Below are positions 50,534 through 59,939 of a stretch of 64,000 nt of DNA, piece by piece. This stretch comes from Octopus vulgaris. Its lineage: Eukaryota. The notes below the pieces were generated by a model. The model was not told where the DNA came from, searched no databases, and saw only the letters and a program-made list of their open reading frames with translations. The DNA is taken from positions 45,632,001-45,696,000 of the forward strand of contig OX597818.1 in the NCBI GenBank assembly GCA_951406725.2, written 5' to 3'. Position 1 is the stretch's first letter. Every line of letters begins with the position of its first letter. Position numbers and translations under genes: made by a program.

Positions 50534-52958
50534 TCATCAGCAGCAGCAGCAGCAGCATCAACCTAGATGGAATTTATTGAGGCAGATTTTCTACAGCGGG
50601 ATGCTCTTCCTGTCATTTGTTTCAAAACAAAATATTTTTCCATGGCCAGGCATGTTATTAACGGAAAATAGGAAACAAACAAACTTGTATGATGATGATG
50701 CTTATTTAGAACAATTATGTGACGCCAAAACAAGGTACACACAAACACTCATTCGCATTTGTCTCTCACTGTCTGATAACCGGCTTTGGTTGATTTACAT
50801 TCCTGAAACTTAGTGTTTCGGCAAAAGGAGAACGATAGAATGAATACCAGGCTAATAATACTGAGGTCGTTTTAATTAACTGAACCCTTCAAGACGTTAC
50901 CCCAGGATGGCTGCAGTGTGACGACTGCAAAAGTTAAGTGTAAACAAGACGGTGCGGCAAATACCATGAAGGTTACAAGTCGGAGGCTATAAACCAGAAG
51001 TTACAGGGGATACATTTTAATGGAAGGATGACTGGGTGAAATGTCAAACAGGGAGGTCTGCTGCAGTTTTCAGGAGTTGATGCGATGCAGTTGGTATCTC
51101 TGGTTTATTAGTTAAAGAGCTACACCCACAACCAGTCGAAGAAATATTGCGCCTCTTGGAATCTGAATGAAAGTTGGAGACTATGCTTCGCAGTCGGCTA
51201 AGACGTAGGAATTGGAAGAAGGGGATTGAAGATTTCGGCGTAACTTCGGTATAGGTACCGGATACATTTCAAGAAAGTGGGGTTTTTTTTATATATATAT
51301 GGAGGGTTAGTGTTAGGGGTGGGAGAAAAGGGTTTCTGTTACCTTCAGAAATGTAAACAAAGCCACTTCCGGTACTTATACCGAAGGATCGACAAGATTT
51401 CGAGCAGGGGACAATTAGTTTAATAGAAATGGTTGGGACACGAGTGACAACCAGTAAAGTTATAGTATACGAAGGGGGACCGTGGTATAACACGTGTTTT
51501 GGCCACTCTATACGGTAGCCATATTGGTTACCCCTTTCTTTGAATGTAATATAGCTTTGACTACAGCAAATGGACACAAAATATAATCTTAAAAGTGTTA
51601 GGGTAAGAAATGAAATAGCTTAATTCATCTCTGGAGAATCAAGTGACAACGTCACCTTTTCACATGGAATGATCCAAGTCGCAAGTTTTCTTGATTATTA
51701 TCTCCCTTGTACCGAAAACCTGTGATCGCAAATAAGGAAATCAGTCAATGCGAATAAATAGTTTAATGCCTTTGTATTTCACATAATAAGAATGTAAATA
51801 AATGTAAACTATATAGAAAAAAAAACATGCTGATATTGTGTCGACATATTCAATGAAAGAAACATTAAAGAGGTTAATTTTTCTTAATTGCTGAGAATAT
51901 AAGAAACCAACTTTAAATACATGTGTGTGAGTGTGTTAAAACTTGTCCTTCCCGTGTTGCCTTCTAAATATATATATATTGCTGCTTAGTGCTAGACAGA
52001 CAACAATTCCCAGGCGTGCCCATCTTTAGGGGGAAAAACCCGTACTGTGTGATTTGAGAAAATATATTTATCAGCAAGAACCACATGATTAAAAAAAAAG
52101 ATCAGCTCAAATTAAAATCAAAAGCCCAATTCCAGAAGTGGCTTTTAACTTAAAATAAAGCAAAATAATATTGTCTTAAGAAACTGAAAGCGGTATTTTC
52201 TTACTAACATATCCCAAAATTCAACAAAGTACATAGTGGAAACCATAACATTTAGCAAATTTACCAAAAGCATTCCAGTTGTGACCATCCCGACTTGTTA
52301 ATAGCACGTTGGTCTACATTATCATTGCTATATTTTTTTTTTATGTACGGCATTTCGTACTGTTTCTAGCAGGTCGGGCGAACACGTAAAGACCCCCTTC
52401 GATGGTTCGTAATAAGTAGGTGAAACATGTGACACTATATGTTGTCAATGATGTTCTTTTAACCATCCAGTTATACACATTCCTAATACTAACAGTTAAC
52501 TAATCAAAAAATATTTATTGAAAGTCAACAGGTTTGTGATCGAAGCTACAGTGAGCGCACACTTTCAGTAATATCCGATGAGGTTTTCGTAAAGCTTTAT
52601 TCAGTACGATACCAATTATCCATAAAATATAAATGAACATATGCATGGGGATGTGAAATTATTTTGTCTAACTGTCCCTTAGCCACATATGTACATACAT
52701 ACCAAAAATCAATTCCTTTAATTCCCTCGAAACACGCTATTCTTATAGGATTAAAAGGCATATGTATAAATATATAAATATACTAATAATCAATTGTTGC
52801 AAGCAACTTATGATAAGTTGCTTTTTTTACGTTATTTTTTAAACGATTAAATTTAGAGAGAAAAATATAAATACGAAATAACAAATCAACGTTCAGAGAT
52901 CGAGCTTAAATTGATAATTGATAACATTGACAAATATCTCACCCGAGTGATTAGACAT
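27448..52958 (-). CDS. NUBP2: NUBP2/Cfd1 cytosolic Fe-S cluster assembly factor, full 8-exon gene model (267 aa): join complement(52943-52958, 41087-41211, 39284-39372, 35026-35135, 33701-33855, 30486-30596, 28851-28920, 27448-27575)
   Basis: Spliced translation [64 protein letters not shown]...[38 protein letters not shown]...[53 protein letters not shown]...ENTS*. Contains the deviant Walker [21 protein letters not shown] and CPxC motifs and lacks the N-terminal Cys cluster of NUBP1. All introns are GT-AG with matching phases; CDS 804 nt. Confidence 0.95.
27710..27940 (+). mobile_element. High-copy SINE with Meta-domain-like core (others: 8880-9405 tandem array, 11310-11545, 14650-14862, 15120-15533, 24130-24345, 39905-40125, 41372-41790, 45413-45648)
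   Basis: Consensus AAGGCGGCGAGCTGGCAGAAACGTTAGC...GAGTTCAAATTCC...GACTTTGCCTTTCATCCTTTCGGGGTCGATAAATTAAGTACC; domain naming is inference. Confidence 0.88.
28851..28920 (-). CDS. NUBP2: NUBP2 exon 7 ([24 protein letters not shown])
   Basis: Acceptor ttaattacag|GAG, donor G|gtgagt; 70 nt. Confidence 0.95.
29309..29864. mobile_element. Second copy of the ~555-bp (TAA)n-associated element (NUBP2 intron 6)
   Basis: Colinear with 8234-8785. Confidence 0.85.
30486..30596 (-). CDS. NUBP2: NUBP2 exon 6 ([37 protein letters not shown])
   Basis: Acceptor cttttcattctag|TCT, donor AAG|gtataa; 111 nt; ENMS and CPxC Fe-S ligand motif. Confidence 0.96.
30708..31181 (+). mobile_element. Penelope pLTR-like non-autonomous element: ~145-bp direct repeat, 35-bp terminal inverted repeat and decayed hammerhead (30975-31019)
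   Basis: Direct repeat 30741-30888 / 30998-31142; inverted repeat 30708-30742 / 31147-31181 (2 mismatches); TCTGTG-CTGATGA...GAAA-TCGCAA-(T/A)A-CACAGA. Confidence 0.7.
32300..32529 (-). mobile_element. Helitron-like 5' terminus (left boundary not determined); similar ends at 25660-25851 (shared with 1-90) and 1785-1888
   Basis: TCTCTATATATATAAAAGGCAGTTTGTCTGTCTGTG start and CAAGTTTCATCAGAATTGG motif; 1-90 is the reverse complement of about 25665-25756. Confidence 0.55.
33701..33855 (-). CDS. NUBP2: NUBP2 exon 5 ([52 protein letters not shown])
   Basis: Acceptor atttcag|CA, donor CAG|gtaaag; 155 nt; DTPPGTSD motif. Confidence 0.96.
34811..35020 (-). mobile_element. Non-autonomous Helitron (internally deleted) abutting the NUBP2 exon 4 donor
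   Basis: A|TCTATATATATATAAACG...GGTCATAGTGCTAG|T; same family as 12839-13336. Confidence 0.8.
35026..35135 (-). CDS. NUBP2: NUBP2 exon 4 ([36 protein letters not shown])
   Basis: Acceptor gttacag|G, donor CAG|gtaaat; 110 nt; VWRGP motif. Confidence 0.95.
35422..35738. mobile_element. Palindromic MITE-like element in (TA)n
   Basis: ~65-bp arms 35483-35549 / 35670-35738 plus a central ~26-bp hairpin with CTC loop; fragment at 56497-56545. Confidence 0.75.
35767..35882. mobile_element. Tc1/mariner-type mini-MITE
   Basis: ~28-bp TIRs AGGGYGTCCACAAAGTYTGGGTACATGG next to TA repeats. Confidence 0.75.
36796..37193 (+). mobile_element. Non-autonomous Helitron, canonical termini
   Basis: A|TC...CTAG|T with subterminal hairpin CCCAAGCAACGCCGGG; internal ~95-bp duplication. 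Confidence 0.85.
37493..37607. repeat. (TAA)n microsatellite (representative of many TA, CA, TACA, CAT and TAA tracts, e.g. 3007-3084, 8143-8232, 11882-11992, 13556-13673, 18115-18229)
   Basis: Read directly. Confidence 0.97.
37608..38488 (+). mobile_element. 5'-truncated R4/Dong-like non-LTR retrotransposon (restriction-like endonuclease), inserted in (TAA)n
   Basis: Open frame with CRFC...[10 protein letters not shown] zinc knuckle, RHD, ILWDF...KPDIV...LLIDMSIP and PVIVGALG; flanked on both sides by TAA arrays. Confidence 0.9.
38626..39026. mobile_element. Foldback MITE with ~130-bp inverted arms
   Basis: GGATCTTCTCACTTTGACCGGC...GCCGGTCAAAGTGAAAAGATCC; relatives at 1022-1683 and 58206-58609. 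Confidence 0.85.
39108..39153 (+). ncRNA. Inactivated hammerhead motif, second copy of the ~190-bp repeat (39045-39232)
   Basis: GATAC-CTGAAGA-A-GGCTG...CAGCC-AAAA-CA-TT-GTGTT; GAAA mutated to AAAA. Confidence 0.6.
39284..39372 (-). CDS. NUBP2: NUBP2 exon 3 ([30 protein letters not shown])
   Basis: Acceptor ttttatag|GTT, donor GG|gtaagt; 89 nt; not in the ORF track. Confidence 0.95.
39420..39830 (+). mobile_element. RTE 3'-tail copy (representative; others near 19720-19975, 24845-25125, 29035-29240, 29880-30180, 34095-34445, 36085-36628, 40190-40565, 43585-44100, 45980-46428)
   Basis: Shared GGAGTGGTTGGCRTTAGGAAGGGCATCCAGC...CCATGCTAGCATGGAAAGCGGACG...(GAT)n terminus. Confidence 0.85.
40568..40853 (+). 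repeat. GA-rich low-complexity tract with internal ~105-bp duplication
   Basis: GGGGAGAAGAAGGGGTGGGATGAGGATGATGAGGGGGC present twice, followed by (GAAG/GGAG)-type repeats. Confidence 0.9.
41087..41211 (-). CDS. NUBP2: NUBP2 exon 2 (P-loop, [41 protein letters not shown])
   Basis: Acceptor ttgttttaatccag|AG, donor AAG|gtaatc; Walker A motif; 125 nt. Confidence 0.95.
46430..47285 (+). mobile_element. Penelope-like RT fragment (second family), interrupted by a MITE
   Basis: [36 protein letters not shown]...ARKSLIFH...FYVSMG, then [10 protein letters not shown] and QSNHPKRIIKN after the insertion. Confidence 0.75.
46693..46913. mobile_element. piggyBac-type MITE with TTAA target-site duplication
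   Basis: TTAA|CCCTTTAG...CCAAAGGG|TTAA; related ends at 33900-34000 and 16725-16744. Confidence 0.8.
47497..48200 (+). mobile_element. RTE LINE fragment (same family as 48434-49750)
   Basis: [17 protein letters not shown]...LKEKLGIR similar to ORF 48565. Confidence 0.85.
48271..48360 (-). ncRNA. Type I hammerhead ribozyme, intact core, sense strand of NUBP2 intron 1
   Basis: ATCCTTC-CTGATGA-GATTGATGCA-(37 nt)-TGCATCTATC-GAAA-CATATG-TA^GAAGAAT: stem I 6/7 bp, stem II 9/10 bp, palindromic stem III ACATATGT, GUA triplet. Confidence 0.8.
48434..49750 (+). mobile_element. 5'-truncated RTE-clade LINE with tandem-repeat 3' UTR and (GAT)n tail
   Basis: ORF 48565-49194 [11 protein letters not shown]...HGSETW...LRWYGHV...GRGRPRKT; 3' UTR of ~58-bp repeats containing CGTGCCGGTGGCACG; ends GATGATGATG. 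Confidence 0.92.
50079..50161 (+). ncRNA. Type I hammerhead ribozyme motif, intact core
   Basis: ACCGTA-CTGAAGA-GGAG...(long loop with tgatagag/ctctctca pairing)...CTCC-GAAA-CGAG-TA^TATAGT; stem I weakened by apparent CpG decay. Confidence 0.7.
50203..50242 (-). pseudogene. 5' half of tRNA-Ala(AGC), truncated just after the anticodon
   Basis: Minus strand GGGGGATTAGCTCAAGTGGTAGAGCGCTCGCTTAGCATGC = acceptor 5' strand, D arm/A box and anticodon AGC of the conserved metazoan tRNA-Ala; no T arm or B box follows. Confidence 0.85.
52943..52958 (-). CDS. NUBP2: NUBP2 coding exon 1 (MSNHS + 1 nt)
   Basis: Minus strand AAG-ATG TCT AAT CAC TCG G|GTGAGA: A at -3, 16 coding nt, phase-1 donor that joins exon 2 (G+AG = Glu). 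From memory, human NUBP2 exon 1 also has 16 coding nt. Confidence 0.8.
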
Positions 52959-53194
52959 CTTCCTGCAAGCTGAATAATTTAAGTAAACAGTGCCCTGCTC
53001 TTCAATAAGACTGGATTTTGGTTCGTTCCGCCTTATAGCTCGTTGCTGACAATTCGTGTTTTTATAGTAACATGCAGTAAACAAATTTTACTGTTGCTTC
53101 TGGTTGAATCGTGGACTGACTTTGGGAGAAGAAGAATATTTTTTATTTACATTTCATTTTTTTTTTTTCAAATTATTGCAATTCAAGAAATATT
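52959..53194. promoter_or_regulatory. Putative compact bidirectional promoter plus 5' UTRs between NUBP2 (-) and the divergent ORF (+)
   Basis: Two start codons 236 bp apart in opposite orientation; segment has no recognised repeats and contains several CpGs. Confidence 0.55.
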
Positions 53195-53516
53195 ATGGAG
53201 TCTAAAAGCGGAGTCAGTGAGGCTGAAAACGGTCCATACGGAAATATTTACATAATTTGTTTGTCGATTTTAGCCACAATAGTCATAATGGTAATATCTG
53301 CTATGTACACTATTCGAAATATTAAGAGAATATGGTTCTTGGGTAACAGGAAGACCAGGAAAAGAAACAACCCGACTGCAACAGCGAATACGGAAAACAA
53401 AAACATTAAAAAAGATTCCAGTAATAATGATGGGACACAAGGAAAGGTTAACGTGCAGGATAACCCACCAAATAATACAAATGGTAACGATGACTCAAAG
53501 AATTGCAAGGAAACAT
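53195..53516 (+). CDS. Candidate orphan gene exon 1: short N-terminus, one TM helix (IYIICLSILATIVIMVISAMYTI), then a basic and N/K/D-rich tail
   Basis: ATG with A at -3 and G at +4; 107 open codons of non-repeat sequence; consensus donor T|GTAAGT at 53517; positively charged residues after the TM helix. Confidence 0.6.
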
Positions 53517-54886
53517 GTAAGTAAGTTAATATTTGCCATTCTATCAATCATTATGATCAACGCTCATTTTGGTTTTTCTCCTTTTTATTGAACAAAAAAA
53601 TTCATCAGCGCTCTTTGCGTTTCTATCTTTGATATTTACATTCGCTCGCATACACCGAGTGATGTGTGTATGTGTCGCAATTACTTGTTCCATTCGCTGG
53701 ACTGCGATCATGCAAGTGGCACTGCCTTGAAGGGTTTTTAGTCCACTTGTGTGCAACCTGTATCCTGTTTGATGATGAACCACGTCTCATGCGACCCGCT
53801 TCCCGAAAAGGGCTACCCATGTCTGGTTCAGTTGGAAAAACTCAACCCCCAGTAACTTTTAGTTGTAAATCTAGTACTTGTGTATCGATTCCGTTTGCCG
53901 AACCTCTAATTTACGGTTATATAAACAAACCAACGCTGGTTGTATGTATAAAGTTGAGGAACGAAAGTGTGGATGAAGGAGAGATTATCCAAAGCTCCTC
54001 CAAAACATTTTTTGTTTTTGTTTTTGTTACAGTTTTTTTTCCCAACATGATCTATATTATCTAAAACATATCTCTGGGGAATTTCGACGAAAGATTGCCA
54101 AAATATTCGTCTTTTATCAAAGTTATACGGAAAACAAAGACGGTGAAGGGATAATTGTTGCTCAGTGTATATACGCACACACTTCCGCATTGCTCTATTA
54201 GAAACACCAAACAAAAGTGCAGCTGTTACATCTCAAACAATTACTAAGATCAAATGTTTTTTTATATGAAATGTTATTCGTTTCATTCAGCCGCCAACTT
54301 CTGAACTTCAACCAACAGCTTGTAGTTTCTATCATATTGTAATTTACATAAGATAAGTTTTCATTTATTCATTCATTTATTTATTAGGAGGGAAATCTAA
54401 TAAAACACGGCACTAATTTTTTTAACGAACGAAATTTTGTATGACTGATTTTGTTTCTTTTGATTCAATCAACTCGCGGGACTTATTCGCGTTTCGCTCC
54501 CACCACCTTCAATAGTGAAAGTGAAAATACCTCTACCCTATTTTCCAAACATGAAAGATTATCTATGTAAGTGTCTATGTTATTTTAAAACTGTTTTCTC
54601 GCACTCTGCTATACCGCCTTTTATTTAACGCATGCACTGACGGAAGTGGTAGAGAAGCATTTATTCCGTTTTTTGCTCCTATACTACCATCATTATTTCC
54701 ATGTTTCGTTAAAAAACGGACAGTAGATGCTTGTTTGGAAGAAGATTTGGCTGCTGTTTCTAGTGAACGACCACGTAGAAGCTCCTCGAGTAACTTCAAT
54801 CGATGATTTATGTTTGTGAGTGAGAACAGCCATGTCCTGCAATCAAGAACAATAATTACAATTCTTTACTGCACCTAAAATTACAG

Positions 54887-55008
54887 GCGAAGTTGAAGGT
54901 GTCCATGCAAAATCTGTATGTTGCCAGATATATTTTTCGGATGCTCTGGGAAACATCGTCTGCGATGTTCATGGGGTCGCAGGATGTTCCGAGTCTTTCC
55001 ACATTTGA
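54887..55008 (+). CDS. Candidate orphan gene exon 2 (CEVEGVHAKSVCCQIYFSDALGNIVCDVHGVAGCSESFHI*)
   Basis: Acceptor aattacag|GC (weak pyrimidine tract) is phase-compatible with exon 1 (T+GC = Cys); GC-richer than background; TGA at 55006-55008. Confidence 0.4.
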
Positions 55009-55112
55009 CCCAGTTGACTCAGCCGAGATTGATTGAGCCCCGACTTGTATCCATTGCAGCAACAACACGCCGCCTTTTTGTGTCCAAAGCCACTCTAGTA
55101 GCTTTCCGACCA

Positions 55113-55850
55113 CAAAAAAAAGAAGTGTATTAAACTAGTATGAAAACAAAAATTTGCGCTAACGAATTGGGTGTGTTGGGAAGAAGACTTTCGGAAAATT
55201 CACAAGATCCGATTTTTTCCTTCGTAACTTTTAGAAAAAAGGATATCTTTCAGTGAAATTTTATATAAATACCTTTCAAACGGCATAGATTGCGATTATA
55301 AAGAAATTTGTGTGGAATTTTTTTTTCCGAAGGTGAGAAGAGGACTTTCGAAAAGAAAGAAATTCATAAATTATTTTGGGGGGGAAAAACTTTGAAAAAG
55401 GATTTTTTAGATTCATATATTTTTCGTTTGAGTAATGGAAAAAGGTTTTTAAAAAGATCCTATGTATCATGGTAAGAGAAACAGTTTCATTAATACGGTG
55501 TTGAATATGGTTTCACTATAGAAAAAAGTTAAGAGCTATTTAACTATTGTTTATAGCACATCACCGTTGGGGGGGGGGGGGGTTAGAAGAGCTATGTTGA
55601 ATGTTTTACAGTATAAAAAAATGCGCCAACTCTGAAAAGAATTATCCCCACAAATTTCTTTATAATCGTAATCTATACCGTTTGAAAGGTATTTATATAA
55701 AATTTCATTAAAAGATATCCATTTCCCTAAAAGTTATGCGGGGAAAAATCGGATCGTGTGAATTTTCTGAAAGTCCTCTTACCACCCAACCTCCCCCGAT
55801 TCGTTAGCGCAATTTTTTGTTTTCATATTCGTTTTATACACATTTTTTTA
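55113..55850. mobile_element. Long-TIR foldback element (~205-bp arms), Mutator-like MITE architecture
   Basis: 55113-55320 is the diverged reverse complement of 55640-55850 (e.g. AAATACCTTTCAAACGG / CCGTTTGAAAGGTATTT); TSD not evident. Confidence 0.8.
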
Positions 55851-58205
55851 CACCTACTACACTTTTTTTCTTTTATTTGGTGGCCGGGTGTTGAAGTAAA
55901 CGTTTAACCGCTTTCTCTATAACTTCAGTGACGGAACTTGTTGCCTCCACTGATACTTTTTACTGATTCCATGCCCAGCCAAAGCTTTGCAAAATGAACG
56001 ACCTACGAACCTTAAACAACCCACTTCGGATGGCCCGCAGCGAGCTCGCCAGTTTTGGCTTCTGCACCGTTCTACCAGTTATTAGGAAAGAAGTGAGGCT
56101 CAGAAAGAGAGAGAACTTTTCTCTAAATCCCCTACTCAAATTTCGTCAAGTACTAAACTTACTTCACTCATTGGAAAGGATACAGCTACTCATCAGTTTC
56201 TGATGAATCGCTATGAACTGACTCCAGGCGACTGTGGTCGGACTGGAAATGGGCACCTTGTGAAATTACTTCATAGTGGATCCTGCAAATCTCGATACGC
56301 AACTTGATGTGTCGGGAGTCATTGTTGAGATAACAGAATATTTTGCAAGAAGTGTCACTTTGGTCAAATGGTACGAGAGAATTTGGAGTTTGGGCTGATG
56401 GAGATTGTCTGGGCATGGAATTTTATTGAGGCACTACCAAGGGACGGAGCAACTTTGTTTTTTTTTTCTATTTAATTTAATGATAAATGTAAGAAATATT
56501 CTGTTGTGTCTGGGGAGAGTCATTCTCTTTTAGTGCCCTATTATTATTTTTTTAAGAAAATAATGTAAGAAATATCTTTTATCTTTTACTTGTTTCACTC
56601 ATTAGACTGCGGCCTTGCAGGGGAAACGCCCTGAAGGATTTGTAATCGAATGAATCGACTCTAGTACTTATTTTTTAAAATCCTGGTGCTTATTCTATCG
56701 CTCTCTTTTGCCGAACCGCTAGCTTTCAAGGCTGTAAACACGAACATCGGTTATCAAGCAGTGGAGGGACAAATACAGACACAAAAGCACACACACACAA
56801 ACAGGATTCTTTCAGTTTCCGTCTACCAAATCCACTCACAAAGCTTTGGTCGACCCGAAGTTATAGTAGAAGACACTTGCCGAAGGTGACATACAGTGGG
56901 ACTGAACCTAGAACCATGCAGTTAAGAAGCAAGCCATTGTACCACTGTATACTCTCGCAAATGAGCAACATACCGCATTGTTTTACCACAGTTAAACATT
57001 GATTCAGTGAAGAGAACAACTAGAAGTCGCATGAAGAGTATGCGACAAATAACGAAGATAGGATCCGGAGCCATTACAGAATGATTACCAACATGCTGTT
57101 AATGTATCTGGCAGAATTTATGTGGCCTTTGGGTGTTGAAAGATACGATACTAATAAAGAAAAGTGGACCCGCGCTAAAGTCATTAAGTGAAAATAAAAC
57201 CTATTTTGAAATTGAAATAAAATGTTATGCAAAAATAAACCATTCCGAAAGCTGTTTTAGAATGTTCTGAAAACATTCATCCCCGGTTTTCTCTTATTTT
57301 TCGCCCCAAAGAAACTCACCTAGATGGGATTCAATCATATTTATTTGTACTCCCATCATACTCATCAATCTGCGTTTATATAATTCAACACTTTCCTTCT
57401 CCTTCAGAAATGAATAAGCAACATCAAAACTCTGAATGTATGGCAAAATATAAAACATTTTAAGTAACAATAGAATTATACCGAAGTGAATAACATTTTA
57501 TTTCAGTTTCAAAATTGTTCTATTTTCACTTTCTAAATGACTAGCGTGGGTCAATTCTTTTTCATGAGTACAGAATACTTCATAAATATATCTTTACTAC
57601 CAATTGAATCAGCCACTGCTAAGTAAAGGCTTTGTACTTTACTTTTCGTATTACATTCGGTTTGAGGTAATCAATCTGCAGTGTTTGTCAAATCGATCCA
57701 ATTTATCTTACTCGTTGTCGCCCTCCATTTCTCTCGCTGTCTCTCCAAATCCGGTCTGTCAGCTTTTCCGTCCACTTGTCATTCATCCACCGGACATGTC
57801 CAAACCAACTCCCATTTTAACGATTTTATCAATTAGACGATATCAGTTTTATTTTGGTGGGGGCAAGGGGATTCTGTTTCGATGATTTATAGCTGTCCAC
57901 ATCATGCCAAGCTTAATGTGTTGTACATGATTGAAGTGTCTTAGCTTGCTTGTTAAGTCTTCTGTCGGGTTCCATGTTTCTACACTTATTAGTTAGAAAT
58001 TGTTGGCTAGCAGCACTTTGGTAAACTCGTCTTTTAAAGCTCAGGAGCATTTTGATTTTAAAACTTCTTGAAGGCTTCCCAAGCCCTTGGCAATTCACTG
58101 TTTCATTTCTTTATTTCCCTGGTCACGTTATTAAGTTACCCAATGTAAATGTAACTGCTTTACCACTTGAAGGGATGGTTTCTCCACTTTTATATCAGGA
58201 ACTTC

Positions 58206-58609
58206 GGATCTTTTCGGTTTGAACGGCAGTTTTTTCTTGCGGTGTCATATGAAATTGTCACCCATAATTATGACCCTAGTATCGATCTATTGCATTTCAA
58301 TCTCTTTTAGGGTTAGGGTTGGGGGAAGGGTATCTTTTTTTTCTTCACAAATGTAAATAAACCCAATCTGTTTCTTAAACGAGGGACATAATCATACGGC
58401 ACAGAATGCTTTTTAACTCAATAGACGTCACTGATTGGTTGGAATTGCAGAAATTGAAGAAAAAAAAACAACAACAAGTATTTTACAAACTATAGAATTT
58501 TCTCAATAAAGCCAAGAGAAAAAGATGTTTTATAAACACATTCTACCAGTATACGAAGTTTAAAAGTGTTTAGTTACATGGAAATTATGTTAAAAACTGC
58601 CGTTCAAAC
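58206..58609. mobile_element. MITE of the same family with short TIRs and an internal TTAGGG motif
   Basis: GGATCTTTTCGGTTTGAACGGCAG...CTGCCGTTCAAAC; right arm shared with 38626-39026 and 1480-1683. Confidence 0.8.
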
Positions 58610-59159
58610 TTCATCTAACAGTTTGTTAGAGGGTTTTTTCACGTTCATTCTTTGTTGAATTAAGCTAATGCTGAGCCGTAGTATATGTAACAAAGGGGAC
58701 CTGGCTATTTTGTAGAATATTAATTATTTTTATAAATCCGACTGCATATTGAATGCCCTGTATGTTATCTATTACAGGGGGTAATCGAATTGTATCATAG
58801 GTTTTCACTTAATTATTTTACCAAAGGTTCAATATTTATCTGCTAAGTAACATGTTTGAAACATTTAGAGGCTTAGCTCTGGAAGATGACCGCCTAGACG
58901 CGGTAAATTATATTGGCGAATTTGAAAGGGTGAACCAAGTCTTAAATGATATAATATTACGTATTCATTTACATATAACATTGTTACTTCGGCATCTGTG
59001 ATGCACAAATTGAACATTTTCTCCTTATATTTAACCCTAATATCATATGAATTTGTTTCTGTGGTCTAACGTTGTAAATGTGTCTTTATAAATTAAATTT
59101 TTTGTTTGTACTTGAATGTTAACTTTCCGTTTAATGTTTAAAGTAGAAACTATACGCGA

Positions 59160-59418
59160 TATTATGAGGTGGTATCCTGGATAGTGCTTGGTTGTTCCAG
59201 CGCCTCAGCCTTGCAATCCACCCTATGCTATGGGTCCTCTGAGGTATCTCGAAAACATTTAGAAGGGGTGGGGTCTGCCTTTCGCGCACGCATGCCTTAC
59301 GCTCCGCCACATTTTCTTCTGGAACCGGCGGAACTATTCAGAAGTGATGGGACGAGACCCTTTGTCCTTGGGCAAGAGGTAGATGCCTCGTCTACGACGC
59401 CAGTCTGTGACTCCTTTG

Positions 59419-59450
<32 letters not shown>

Positions 59451-59883
59451 TCCTAGATGCTGCTGAAAATGTAAGGGTCACTGTTTCCGTAACTAAACGG
59501 AATAAAATCCTTAAGTATCGGGACTTACTGGTGAACCTTTTCTTCCAGCCTGAGGCGTTTGAGACGTTTGGAGGGGCTGGACAGCTAACGGCGAAGTTCT
59601 TGTGGTCGGCGGCTCGCCTTACCGAGGTGTCAGGTGATGCAGGCGAGGGTGCTTGGCTATTCCAACGCCTTAGCCTCGGCGTCACCTGTGGTAAATACCA
59701 CATGGTTGTTGGCTTGCTTCAATAGGTTCCGCTGAACCTTGTAGTGTGCGATCGGAGAAGCACTTGAGTGTTGAACCGATGGCCTTTTTCTTTCTGTCTT
59801 CCTCTTTGTTTTCTCTTTTCTTTTTCCTTGTTAGTGTTTCCTACGGTTTTGATTTGTATTTTAATGTGGTTTTGTAGTATATG

Positions 59884-59888
<5 letters not shown>
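59160..59888 (+). mobile_element. CRE-clade-like non-LTR retrotransposon endonuclease fragment
   Basis: LEPAELFRSDGTRP, KILKYRDL, FQPEAFETFGGAG, WLFQRLSL match the RLE C-terminal pattern; ends in (TA)n. Confidence 0.65.

Positions 59889-59939
<51 letters not shown>

Noticed and set aside
51269-51577. 102-aa minus ORF ending near a phase-1 donor as a coding first exon
   Set aside because: GTG start, no in-frame ATG, overlaps a small inverted-repeat element, and shows no recognisable similarity
58306-58322. TTAGGG repeats as interstitial telomere (also near 1276)
   Set aside because: Only 2-3 units, and they are an internal part of a MITE family
58878-58910. Additional hammerhead candidates (CTGGAAGATGACCGC...GCGGTAAA; also 15981, 33530, 53970)
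   Set aside because: The core is incomplete or no consistent stems I and III could be paired
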